NCBI RefSeq assembly: GCF_035084215.1
Contig: NC_090348.1
Location: forward strand, 34,100,001-34,164,000
Source of the DNA: Heptranchias perlo
Lineage: Eukaryota
Length of the DNA stretch: 64,000 nucleotides
Direction: 5' to 3'
The position numbers and the translations under genes were made by a program. The notes under the pieces were generated by a model. That model worked only from the letters and a program-made list of their open reading frames with translations. It did not search any database and was not told the DNA's origin. Shown here one piece after another: positions 53,549 through 64,000 of this stretch. The first letter of the stretch is position 1, and every line of letters starts with the position of its first letter.

Positions 53549-54290
53549 ATTACATCCTTCTCGATGAGTAGCTGTGCTGGTGTTTGCTAACTTGGGTGAG
53601 GACACAGACTCAACTTCTAGCATGCTGCCTTTCCAGGCTACATTGATAAAGAACAAATGTTATACAATGCAAGCTGCTGAATTCTATGAGCCTCTATGGA
53701 GTGAGTAAAGAGGAGGAAAAAGGCACTAGGGTATAATCATGCTGGCCCTGGTGAAGGAGTGGTCTCTCTCTTTTAGGTCACGTACCTCTAAGTGACCATG
53801 TCCCTTTAAGACTACAGTCAAGATTCTTCTTTCTACCCCTCCCTCCCAAGGTAATATCCCTACACATGGCTGATCCTGTGCTGTTTCACAAAATCCAAGG
53901 GTCAGCTCTGCTGCAGTCCAGATCTTACCTGGAGGGGGCTTTGCAAATTCAAGCCCACATAGAAATTCTACCTTTTAAGTGCCACCTTCCCTGTAGGAAA
54001 ACAGCTAGCTTCTACTGCTATGCCTTGCAACAATGAAGCAGCTTAGAGCATACTCATGTCACAATAGAGTGAGCAGGTGTATCCATTTTCAAGCTGACAG
54101 GAGTAAATTCAGAAAGGAAAATCAGCAACAGGAATAGACCAATTTATCACATTGATATTTATTACTTCCTTTGGGCAAACATTTTCTACAGCACCAGTTT
54201 TCAATTCACAGCTCAGTACAAAGAGGTATACAAGACTTGAAACAATCCTACAAAAAGTAAAGAAAAATATAACACAAGTCAATTTGCAAA

Positions 54291-54296
54291 TTTATT
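54291..54296 (-). terminator. SUV39H2: Candidate SUV39H2 polyadenylation signal
   Basis: - strand AATAAA followed about 14 nt later by a GT/T-rich tract (TTGTGTTATATTTTTCTTT). Confidence 0.45.
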
Positions 54297-56372
54297 TTCT
54301 CTACTCATTCAGGTAAATACATCTTATGTACAGGTGATATAACCCATCAAGGCTTTGAAATGTATCAAAACCTATTTTTCAGATATAGATCTCCACCGAA
54401 AACATTATTCTTCTTATGTTGGTTGGCCCACTAGATTTTTCAACATTGCAATTTCTCTTTATCAATACACAATCACATTGCCACTCAAGTAGTAGCTTTC
54501 AGTTCAAAAGGTTACAGTGAATGTGCACTTTGGGTGAAGTACAGTATTATCCTCTGTCCTTTGCAAAGGAATCTTTTGTAAAAAAGCTTCTGAGTAAAGC
54601 CTCAAAGCTACATTCAGCCTGTTTCTGGTGATGTGGTTGCTAGAAATGATGCACGAGTACAGTTCATTTGTGGCATTTAATGGGAATTTGGGTAATGACT
54701 GCTAGCATTGCTTATTAGGAAAGCTGCAGTTATCTCAATATTTAAGATGAAAGTTCAAAATTAAAGATACTCCAGACATTTACCACGTCTCAGGAAAAAA
54801 AACTACATAATTGAAGACACCCGTAAAACCTGCATTCTCACGTTGCACTAATCTGCCTGAAATGGCAGCACTATCCATTTTATACAGAAGGATGGATAGT
54901 TTATCATATTCAGTCACGTCATCACAAATAGGACTCACCCCCAAGGAGTTTAAATTTTACCTAACAGGCTCTCTGGCTGGAATTTTAACAGTCGCCACTT
55001 GGGCTGTCACCCAAAGTATAATAACTCAATCTGGAATTTTATTTTCTTCATCTGCTTAAAATATAATGCCTCTTTAGTTGTTCCAAGTTTTATTCAAACT
55101 CAAGCTGCAAACTCAGTATTACTACAGTTTTGAGAGCACTCCCCTAAGCACAATGGTCCTGACTTTTTTTTTAAAATGTATTAAAAAAATTCTGTATTAA
55201 GGATATGGTCATTATCACTCATTTCAAAAATCAATGGAAGAATGGTATCTTTGATTTACAATAGCTGCATTTAAAAACCTATATTTTGGGAATGGCTGGA
55301 GTGGGCAAGAGAGAAGTACCAAGTTACTTTTGTAATTGCTATTATTGCTTCAAATATCCCCTCTCCTATTAAAATGATAAATAAATTTAAGAACTTAAAC
55401 TACAATTGCATTTCTAATTAGTTACATAGGCTGAATGTCTATTAATGCAAGGGGAAAACTCTGCAACCAATGTAAAGGATACTGTCTGCCATAGTGCCTG
55501 AATATTTAGAATACACCATGAAAATATTTTCATTCTGAAACTTCTGTAAAAGGTACAATTACTTTAAAAATATGGCCTCAAAACACAAGCTTAAAGCAAG
55601 CTAGCAGAAATATTACATAGGACACAGTCTTGTCCAGATTAATAACTTAATTTTCAGCTCCTAAACTTACAATTTGCTGAATGCCCCAGATGTCGTTATT
55701 ATGGACAGTCTCCATTTGAAAAAAGTTTACACTTGTTAAGTACTTCAAGGCTCTACACAGAAAGTAAACATTCTCCTTGGTATTAAAGAAGGTACTAATA
55801 ATTGGTATGCAAACACATACCATTTTTTCTTGATATTACTTGGGAGCAACTGCAGAAATGCACTGAATGCATCTTTGCTGCTACTTATAACAAATTCTAT
55901 ATTCTAGCAGTCTCAGTCCAGCCAACAGCAAATTTACTCATAGTTTAGCATACTTGGGTAGAAACTCGGTTTTAAAAAAAAGCACATTCATTGGAGCTTT
56001 TGATGATGGGGGGTATTTTCTGAACAACTGAATCAAAAATGTGGGTTTTTTAAAAAAGAGTAGAGCGCTCTGCTAAAATAGGTTGCGCGGCACTAACAGA
56101 GCAAACTAATTAAGTCGACTGTCAGTGGCAGCTCGTACCCAGGTTACAAATAGTCTCTGTTATTCAATGCAAAAAGGGGAACATTTATTTCTCTTATGAA
56201 AGCCATCCCACAGATCTGCTTTCAAACAAGTGTAAATGAGTATCAACATACTTTCACCACATGGCTGCATACTTTTTCCAAGTGTCATTACCCAAGAGTT
56301 CTGATGGGATCAGACAGTCAACATATTGCTACTTTAAAAACAAAATATACAATTTTCTTTTTTGCAGATACA

Positions 56373-56485
56373 TTAATTCATATATCCTCTGCAGGATATA
56401 GATCCACACTTGCATTCAATCCTAGGCTGTTTTTTGGTTGGGCTGTTGACTTCTGAGGCTTCAGTAATAGATACATCACCCGAAC
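56373..56485 (-). CDS. SUV39H2: SUV39H2 last coding exon
   Basis: TTTTGGTAG|; [37 protein letters not shown]; post-SET CxCxxxxC. Confidence 0.95.
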
Positions 56486-59400
56486 CTACCAAAACAAAAA
56501 TACAATTAAACAAAAACTGCAAACAAACAAACATTCTATCGGAACACAAGTACATCATAAAAAAGATGTGAACCAAACTTCAAGGGTACCAAGTGAACGG
56601 AACTTCAATCCAATTCCTATTAGCTAGGATTATACAGCAGAAACTCAGGGATGGATTTGCTCAGAAGGGCCACAAAGTTTGCTGTTGATGGAAATTGTAG
56701 CATTACAAGAGAGTAGCCACTGCATGGTTTTAAGTCGAGGCATATTTTTAGGGCATAGTGGAGAGCTATGCTGTGTACTTGGCTAATGTTATACCACACT
56801 TTAGATTGCTGGAGGTAGACACTATGTCTCCACTTTGCTAGACCCTTACTTTACCCTACATCCATGCACTTCTAAATGAATACCAATCAGGGGCAGGAAC
56901 GCTCAGCAATTTTCCTGACTAGTCCAGCTGCAAAGAAACTAGTGGTACCACCGGCACCACTGCTCTGGCTGACATTGGCAAATGCAGAAACCAAGAATAA
57001 AATCTACGGCCTTCCCATGTATCTCAGCAACACATTGCAGTACATTTACCATTGCAACATTAGGGGAACACAAATTATATTCACTATTACATTGGAGATT
57101 TCCATCCATTTCTTTTGACATTGACACTAGATGCCATAGGCACAAAGTGTAATTCTGTGTGCAACTTATTTTCAAAGAACAATCAATCACTGGAAAATTG
57201 TGTTGTGAGTACACAAGTTGATAGATTGCTGTGATGTCACAGAATGTAGAATTTCCTTCCCTTACCATATCCATAGCAATAAAAATAGAAGCTGGGTGTC
57301 ATTATCTAGAGCACTAATTACATCAAGATACCCATCTCTCCCCCTCCTTTTTCTCCCCCCACCCCAAGTTTCACCTTTAATTTGGATTCAGATTTTCATA
57401 TTACTTAAAGTTAGACCTGCAAAGAGGACTCTGCACGTTGGTATTTTCCCTTGCATGGTGATGCAAGTTAGGTCTTATCCTTTCCACTTTGTTTTATTCA
57501 CATTGCCTGTGCAATCTCAGTTCACATCTCAGGAGTCCTATCCTTCAACCATGTTATAGATATAATTAATGTATTGGTTATGGCACTTGACAAGCAACCC
57601 AAGGTTACAAGTGCAAATCTCACCATAGCAAATTGTGAAGCTGAAAACAATGAATCTGCTAATTTGTGGGCTGGCACCAGGAAAAGTGACTCTGAAAGTT
57701 GCCGGATGGTCGTAAAATTCTCAACTAGTTGACTAATGTCCTTCAGAGAAGGGAACCTACCACCCCTCCTGTTTGACCTACACATGATTGTAGTCCATCT
57801 AATGTGGTTGATACTTAATGCCCTTCGGAAATAAACGTCGAGTTGCAAGAATAATTGTTATTCATGGTGGCCCGCCGCTGCCACCTCCTTAGGGCAAGTA
57901 GGGATGGACAGTAAATATAGCCGTATCAGTTTCATCCACATCCCGAGAACATATAACAAAATAAGTCAAATCAGTGACAGTGAAGTGGGAATAAGGAGCT
58001 AACACCAACACCCATTCAGGCAGATTGTTTGCCTACTGTACAATGAAGAGAGGAATTAGGCAAGTATTTTCCTCAGTCAAGAAACCTACTATCATAGTTG
58101 AAAATCCAGCCTTTGTGTGTTTACAAACTTGGAAGAGTACAGAGAAGGCCATTTCTCAAAAGGAAGCCAAACACTGGACAAAAAAGTCATCATGTTTACT
58201 GAAAGACCTATAAAGAAAAGTTTGGAGTTATTTACAAACTGTATAAAAAGAGCAACCTTCGCCACTTATCAACACCCCACCCCTCTCAAAAATCCTTTAA
58301 AAGCACAATAAATTTACAGATTAGGTTTGTACCAATAACTTTGTACTGAAGCTCAGTTCCACCACCTTCCCCCATTTTGTTTTGCAAAATGCAATACTGG
58401 ACAATGTAAGACGCACCTTTCATTTGATAGTCAAAGGTAAGCTCTTCCCCTGCTTTTATAGCACGTGTTGAGAATAGTGCAATCCTAGGGAGACGAGTAT
58501 CCAAACTATCGATAAAAACATTGTAAACTTGAAGATTGGGATCACACTGTAGAAAGGAAAATCAAATTTGAATCCATTCTATGAAACCAGATGAATACTA
58601 GAAGAGTAGGTCACCTGGTCCAATTTTTAAAAAAAATCAAAACATTAAATTGCTTAGTATCAAACCGGTAAATAATATTCTAATATATGAAACACTTAAG
58701 ATTGTTACAGCACAGGAAAAAGCCACTTGACCCATCAAGTCTGCACAGGTGCTTTTCTTCACACGAGCCACCTAATCTAATCCCACTCTTCTGCTCACTC
58801 CCCATATCCTTTAACCATTATTTTTCAAGCAACTTATTTCCCCCCGTTTAAAAGCAGTGATGAGCTCTGCTTCAACAATGGTTTGTGGTGGAGAATTCAA
58901 CATTCTAACTACATTCTGCACAAAGAAGAATTCTTTGATTATATTACATTTGTGTTTGCTCATTACCGCCGTGCAATTTGTGGACAGAGTCAGAACTCTA
59001 GTGAAAACAGGCCCAACTTCTCAAGTTTCTCTTCATAACTACAAACCCCTCATCCCTGGTCACATTCTTGTGAATCTAAACTGCACCTTTTCCATTGCTT
59101 TTATATCCTTCCCAAAGTGGGGAACAAATGACATCACAGTCTCAGATTCTATTTCTGATCACTGGGAAGGTCTTAATCAACTGCATTACCATACCACCTC
59201 CTAGTCTAAAACTTTACTTATGAATCACACTTAGCCAGGCATCTCCAAGTTGGTTCAGGAGGCATTCAGAAGTAAACTCAAGCTTCAGTTATCAGATTTA
59301 GGACAGCATTAAGCCTACATGTTAAGCCTTAAATACATTCCAAGTGTCTTATCCAGCACAAAAACAGTCACAGACACTTGTAATGGTATCAAGTTTGCTG

Positions 59401-62400
59401 GCAAAAGCCTGCATTAAGGAAGTGAGTCGAGTCAACAGTACCATCTCAATCTAAGCTCACTTACTCCTGGTTTGGTTTCACTTATTTTGCCACAATTTCT
59501 CAGCATTTTTTCAAAACTCCTCTATGTCTGGGCTCTTTACTTCTCTTTTTTAGTCTCTCCAAATTGATCTCTCTCTCCTGTACTGCTGAAAAGGGTATCT
59601 ACAAAAAGTTAGTTAATTTAGAACTTCAAATCTAACTAATTTCACAAAAATTAAAAAGTTTGATTTGTACAGTTTTAAACACAATATAGAATCACCATTT
59701 TACTACAGTGTTGCACTGACTTACTACTGCCTTGCATACAAGCATGAAGACATAAGCTGAAAAATTTTGAACATTCAAATTAGTGAGACCTATCAATGCC
59801 AAAGCAGCCCCCTCTCCCCTGCCACAGCCTCAGCTTGATCCAAGATTTTTCACAACCTCAGCATCAAGGAAATTACAAAAATATGAGGTGTGAGTTGGCT
59901 AGGATAGATTGGGGAACTTTACTAAAAGGGATGATGGTGGATAGGCAATGGCTAATATTTAAAGAATGTGTGCAGGAATTAGAACAATTATTCATTCCTG
60001 TCTGGCGCAAAAATGAAACAGGAAAGGTGGCTCAACCATGGCTTACAAAAGAAATTAGGGGTAGTATTAGATCCAAAGAGGAGACATATAAAATTGCCAG
60101 AAAAAGCAGCAAGCTGAGGATTCAGAATTCAGCAAAAGGAGAACAAAGATTGATTAAGAGGAAAAAAGAGAGTATGAGAGTAAACTAGCAGAGAACATAA
60201 AAACTGACTGCAAAAGCTTCTATAAATATGTCAAGAGAAAAAGATTAGTGAAGACAAATGCAGGTCCCTTACAGTCAGAAATGGGGGAAATTATAATGGG
60301 GAACAATTAAACACATACTTTGGTTCTGTCTTCACAAAGGAAGACACAAATAACCTCCCAGAAATGTTAGGAAACCAAGGGTCTAGTGAGAGGGAGGAAC
60401 TGAAGGAAATCAGTATTAGTAAAAAAAAGTGCTAGGGAAATTAATGGGGCTAAAGGCTGACAAATCCCCAGGGCCTGATAATCTACATCCCAGAGTACTA
60501 AAGGAAGTGGCCCTGGAAATAGTGGATGCATTGGTGGTCATCTTCCAAAATTCTATTAAAAAAAACAAAAAAAAAAGGTGCAACAAGGCCTGAGTGTCCT
60601 TGTACACCAGTTGCTGAAAGCGAGCATTCAGGTGCAGCAAGCAGTTAGGAAGGCGAATGGTATGTTTGCCTTCATTGCAAGAGGATTTGAGGACAGGAGC
60701 AGGGATATCTCACTGCAGTTGTACAGGGCCTTGGTGAGTATTGTGTGCAGTTTTGGTCTCCTTATCTGAGGAAGGATGTCCTTGCCATGGAGGGAGTGCA
60801 ACAAAGGTTTACCAGACTGATTCCTGGGATGGCAGGACTGAGGTATAAGGAGAGATTGGGTCGACTAGGCCTATATTCACTAGAGTTTAGAAGAATGAGA
60901 TATGATCTCATCGAAACATATAAAATTCTAACAGGGCTAGACAGACTAGATGCAGGGAGGATGTTCCCAATGGATGTGGAGTCCAGAACCAGGGGTCACA
61001 ATCTCAGGATACAGGGTATGCCATTTAGAACAGAGATGAGGAGAAATTTCTTCACTCAGAGGGTGGTGAACCTGTGGAATTCTCTACCACAGAAGGCAGT
61101 GGAGGCCAAGTCATTAGATGTATTCAAGAAGGAGATAGATATATTTCTTAATGCTAAAGGGTTCAAGGGATATGGGGAAAATGCGGAAACAGGGTACTGG
61201 GTTAGACGATCAGCCATGATCATTTTGAATGGCGGAGCAGGCCCAAAGGGCCTACTCTTACTCCTATTTTCTATGATTCTATCCTATTTGACCCCAAGCT
61301 GGGCTTCCAACTGACCCCTATCTGCTCCATCACAAAGACTGATTTCCATCTCTAACATTGTGCACGTCCACTCTCACTTCAGTCCATCTGCTGCCCAAAA
61401 TCCAAGGCTTTGTCACTTCTATACTCAACTATTCCAATGCTCTCCTGGCCAGTCTCCCAATCTCCAGTCTCTGTTGTTGTATACTTCAGTTCATCAAAAA
61501 TTCTACTGCCCATATCCTATCCTGCACCATCCCACTCTCCCATCACCCTTCCTAGACCCCAAAGCCTCAAATTTAAAATGCTCATCCTTGTGATTAAATC
61601 TTTCCATAGCCTTGCCCCTCCCCATCTCTAACCTCCTTCAGCTCCACAAACCCCCCAAACTCTCTTGACTCTGGCATTCCCCCACTATTGGCAACCATGC
61701 TTTCAGCAACCTGAGGCCCCCATGCTCTAGAATGCCCTCCTTAAACATCTGTACCTCTCCAACTCCTTCAAGACTCTCCTTAAGACCTACCTCTTTGGCC
61801 AAATTTTATATGTCCTTCTTTGGCTCAGCTTCCATTCCCACACCTTACAACTCTGCAGCACCTTTGGATGTTTTTCTATGTTAAAGGCATTAGAATAATT
61901 GCAAATAGTTGTTCTTAGATAACTAGCTGGTTGCATGTGCTATTAATTGAGGGGTTAAATTTCCATCTGTACTTCTGGAAATTTATATTTGTGTGGAACT
62001 TTGCTAAAGCCAGACAGTGGGAATTGCTCCTCTCCCTCACATTAGGACTAATGAATATCTTGGTCATTGCTGGCTGGATAACGTGAATGCAAATTTGTAC
62101 AAAGGCACAAACATCAAAAAAATGTAGGAAAATTTATAATCAATCAGCAAGAGCAGCACCAATTAAAACCCATTTAGAACATAAGCTGGTTTCATTTTTA
62201 AAGACTGATATACTTCAAAATAATAACATTCTTAAATCATGGCAAGTGACACTTGAGACCTGAAATAGTCATGGAGTTACCTACTTGACTGCCTATATAT
62301 GTAGACTTTTAAAAAAACATCAGACAGGTGCAATTGCTTTGACTTACTGTAAATATCATTTCTAAAATAGTCAGTAAGACTGGGTTTAATCAACACTACC

Positions 62401-62652
62401 TTTTTAAAACACTAAATGGTGTCAAACTGCAATTAGTGACCAAGAAGTTGTTTTTTTAAAAAAAAACAGAACCCAGAGTTCTTATAAAACAAGCACAATA
62501 CTTACACTGTGATTCACAAAGTGCGAAATATTTCCAAATCTTGCAGCATCCACAGTGTACTCGTCCTCCACATAATCTAGGTCAAACAGGTAGGTGATGC
62601 CTTTACTGTCATAAAATCTCCCACGCCTTTCTGCTTCTTCACTAGTAATTAC
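56373..62652 (-). CDS. SUV39H2: Histone H3K9 methyltransferase SUV39H2, last three coding exons (SET C-terminal half, post-SET); 5' part outside the window
   Basis: Spliced [18 protein letters not shown]|[16 protein letters not shown]|[17 protein letters not shown]. The short post-SET linker and the position next to DCLRE1C favour SUV39H2 over SUV39H1. Confidence 0.95.
57575..57955 (+). mobile_element. tRNA-type SINE, same family as 25677-26060
   Basis: GACTAATGTCCTTCAGAGAAGGGAACCTACC..TAGGGCAAGTAGGGATGGACAGTAAAT. Confidence 0.7.
58417..58546 (-). CDS. SUV39H2: SUV39H2 exon (130 nt)
   Basis: TTTCTACAG|; [43 protein letters not shown]; G|GTGCGT. Confidence 0.96.
58700..59125 (-). mobile_element. 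Old CR1 3' fragment
   Basis: TTACAGCACAGGAAAAAGCCACTTGACCCATC.. resembles the other - strand CR1 tails. Confidence 0.6.
59868..61280 (+). mobile_element. CR1 LINE with the RT core missing (59868-60557 joined through an A-rich linker to about 60579-61280)
   Basis: ORF 59796-60188 (PWLTKEI) and [15 protein letters not shown] segment, then A-rich 60558-60577, then ORF 60745-61314 ([21 protein letters not shown]). Confidence 0.85.
61285..61915 (+). mobile_element. L2-clade LINE 3' fragment
   Basis: [17 protein letters not shown]-like translation; TTTAAAATGCTCATCCTTG; tail GGATGTTTTTCTATGTTAAAGGC. Confidence 0.7.
62506..62652 (-). CDS. SUV39H2: SUV39H2 exon (147 nt)
   Basis: TTGGAAG|; [49 protein letters not shown]; |GTAAGT. 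Confidence 0.96.
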
Positions 62653-63465
62653 CTTCCAACAGAGAAAGTTTAAGTAGACATATGTAGTTTGGTGGAGCAG
62701 CAGTGAATCAGGTCTGATCAAGGCTGAATTCATGGCATCATTCTTCACTTCAATAATCAACTTGAAATCAAGTCATCACTCATATTTAGGAAATAGTCAT
62801 TACAGATCATCTACTTAAAATGTAATACAATCATATATCACTGGTATTTCAGTAAATTGTAAGTACATGTGTAAAATGATCTTACTCCATCCATCTGAAC
62901 TGAAAAACACTAGCAGATTCTGCCCCTCCAAACATGGGCAGTGTCTGGCGAGTGCATTTTGAGCTGTACAACACAAGGTTGACATACTAGTCTGACAGAT
63001 GCTGCTGGGTAGGGGAAAGCAACTCGAGGTGAGCACAAAAGAATCACAAAACATTAAAGCAGATTAGCTTAGACAAGATCTTGCCTAAATATGCCTAGTA
63101 ACAATGCTGTACATTAGCTGCCTTTGACAATGCAACAAGATGCCAATATAAATAAACAGAAATCTCATTAACTTGGAAACAAATATTTAAGAATTAAAAA
63201 TTAGCCAGCACTGCAAGTAGCTTTTTATTAGTAACAGGCAATGCAAAGTTGGGGGTTGTTCATTGCCCTCTCTCCTCCCCACCGAAACAAATTTTTGCAG
63301 ATTTTGGCTAACCCAAAAGTTCCAAATCTAATAAACCAAAATTAGATTTGCAATTTATATTCTACATCCAATTGTGGAAACACGGGTCAAAAGTTATGCT
63401 TCCAGGTTTACCAGGCCAAGATGAACGTGCACTGAAAGCTACTGCTATTCCTAGCTTAACGGTCA

Positions 63466-63893
63466 GCTTGGCTCAGTTGCTTCCACTCTCAAGTCAGAAG
63501 GTTGTGGGTTCAAGTCCTGCTACAGACTTGAGCATGTAATCTAGGGTAATACTCCAGTGTACTATTGATAAATGCTGCATCATCGGAGGTGCTGTTTTTC
63601 ACGAGACGTTAAACCAAGATTCAGTGTGCCAGCTCAAGTGGATAAGAAAAATCCTGTGGCACTATTTGAGGAAGAACAGGGAGTTCTCCCAGTGTCCTGG
63701 CCAACATTCTTCCTTCAACAAATACCAACAACAGATTAGCTGGTCATTTCCTCCATATGCAGTTTGTGGGACCTTGCTATGCTTGCTTACATTAACAAAA
63801 GTGACTGCACTTTCAAATAAATCTGTTGTAAAGAGCATTGGGATGTCCCGAGGACAGGAAAGGTGCTATATAAATGCAAGTGCTCTCTTCTTT
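63466..63893 (+). mobile_element. Deu-domain tRNA-SINE, near full length
   Basis: TTGGCTCAGTTG..GGGTTCAAGTCC..GGGGAGTTCTCCCAGTGTCCTGGCCAA..GAAAGGTGCTATATAAATGCAAGT. Confidence 0.8.
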
Positions 63894-64000
63894 TGAAAGT
63901 CGCTGGCCAAAACGAACAGGGAAATGCACCGATTTTGTTACGAATACCTGTATTGATTTCCACTCCTTAGTATAACTCAAGATTGATTTTGTGCCATTCC

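Overview
Vertebrate genomic DNA, most likely from a cartilaginous fish (shark-type CR1, L2, Deu-SINE, Penelope, Harbinger and Tx1 repeat landscape). It carries the conserved SUV39H2-DCLRE1C-MEIG1 block. MEIG1 (- strand, 2 coding exons, 95 aa) is complete and has a probable non-coding first exon and RFX/CRE-type promoter near 19.7 kb. DCLRE1C/Artemis (+ strand, 14 coding exons, 23918-53168, 718 aa) is complete with all catalytic motifs intact. The last three coding exons of SUV39H2 (- strand, SET/post-SET) converge on DCLRE1C. A CpG island at about 5.8-6.4 kb is the promoter and non-coding first exon of another - strand gene whose coding exons I could not find. Introns and intergenic DNA are mostly decayed transposons. 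The most notable non-genic signals are: a young Penelope-type insertion forming an 84-bp near-perfect palindrome with a minimal hammerhead-ribozyme core at its centre; a 5'-truncated Tx1-clade retrotransposon with a perfect 14-bp TSD just upstream of DCLRE1C; Harbinger transposase and DIRS recombinase fossils; two SINE/LINE pairs sharing 3' tails; nested insertions; and local duplications, one bracketing Artemis exon 10. I found no evidence of a wholly new multi-gene system. Repeat boundaries are approximate, family names come from recalled knowledge, and no database search was run.
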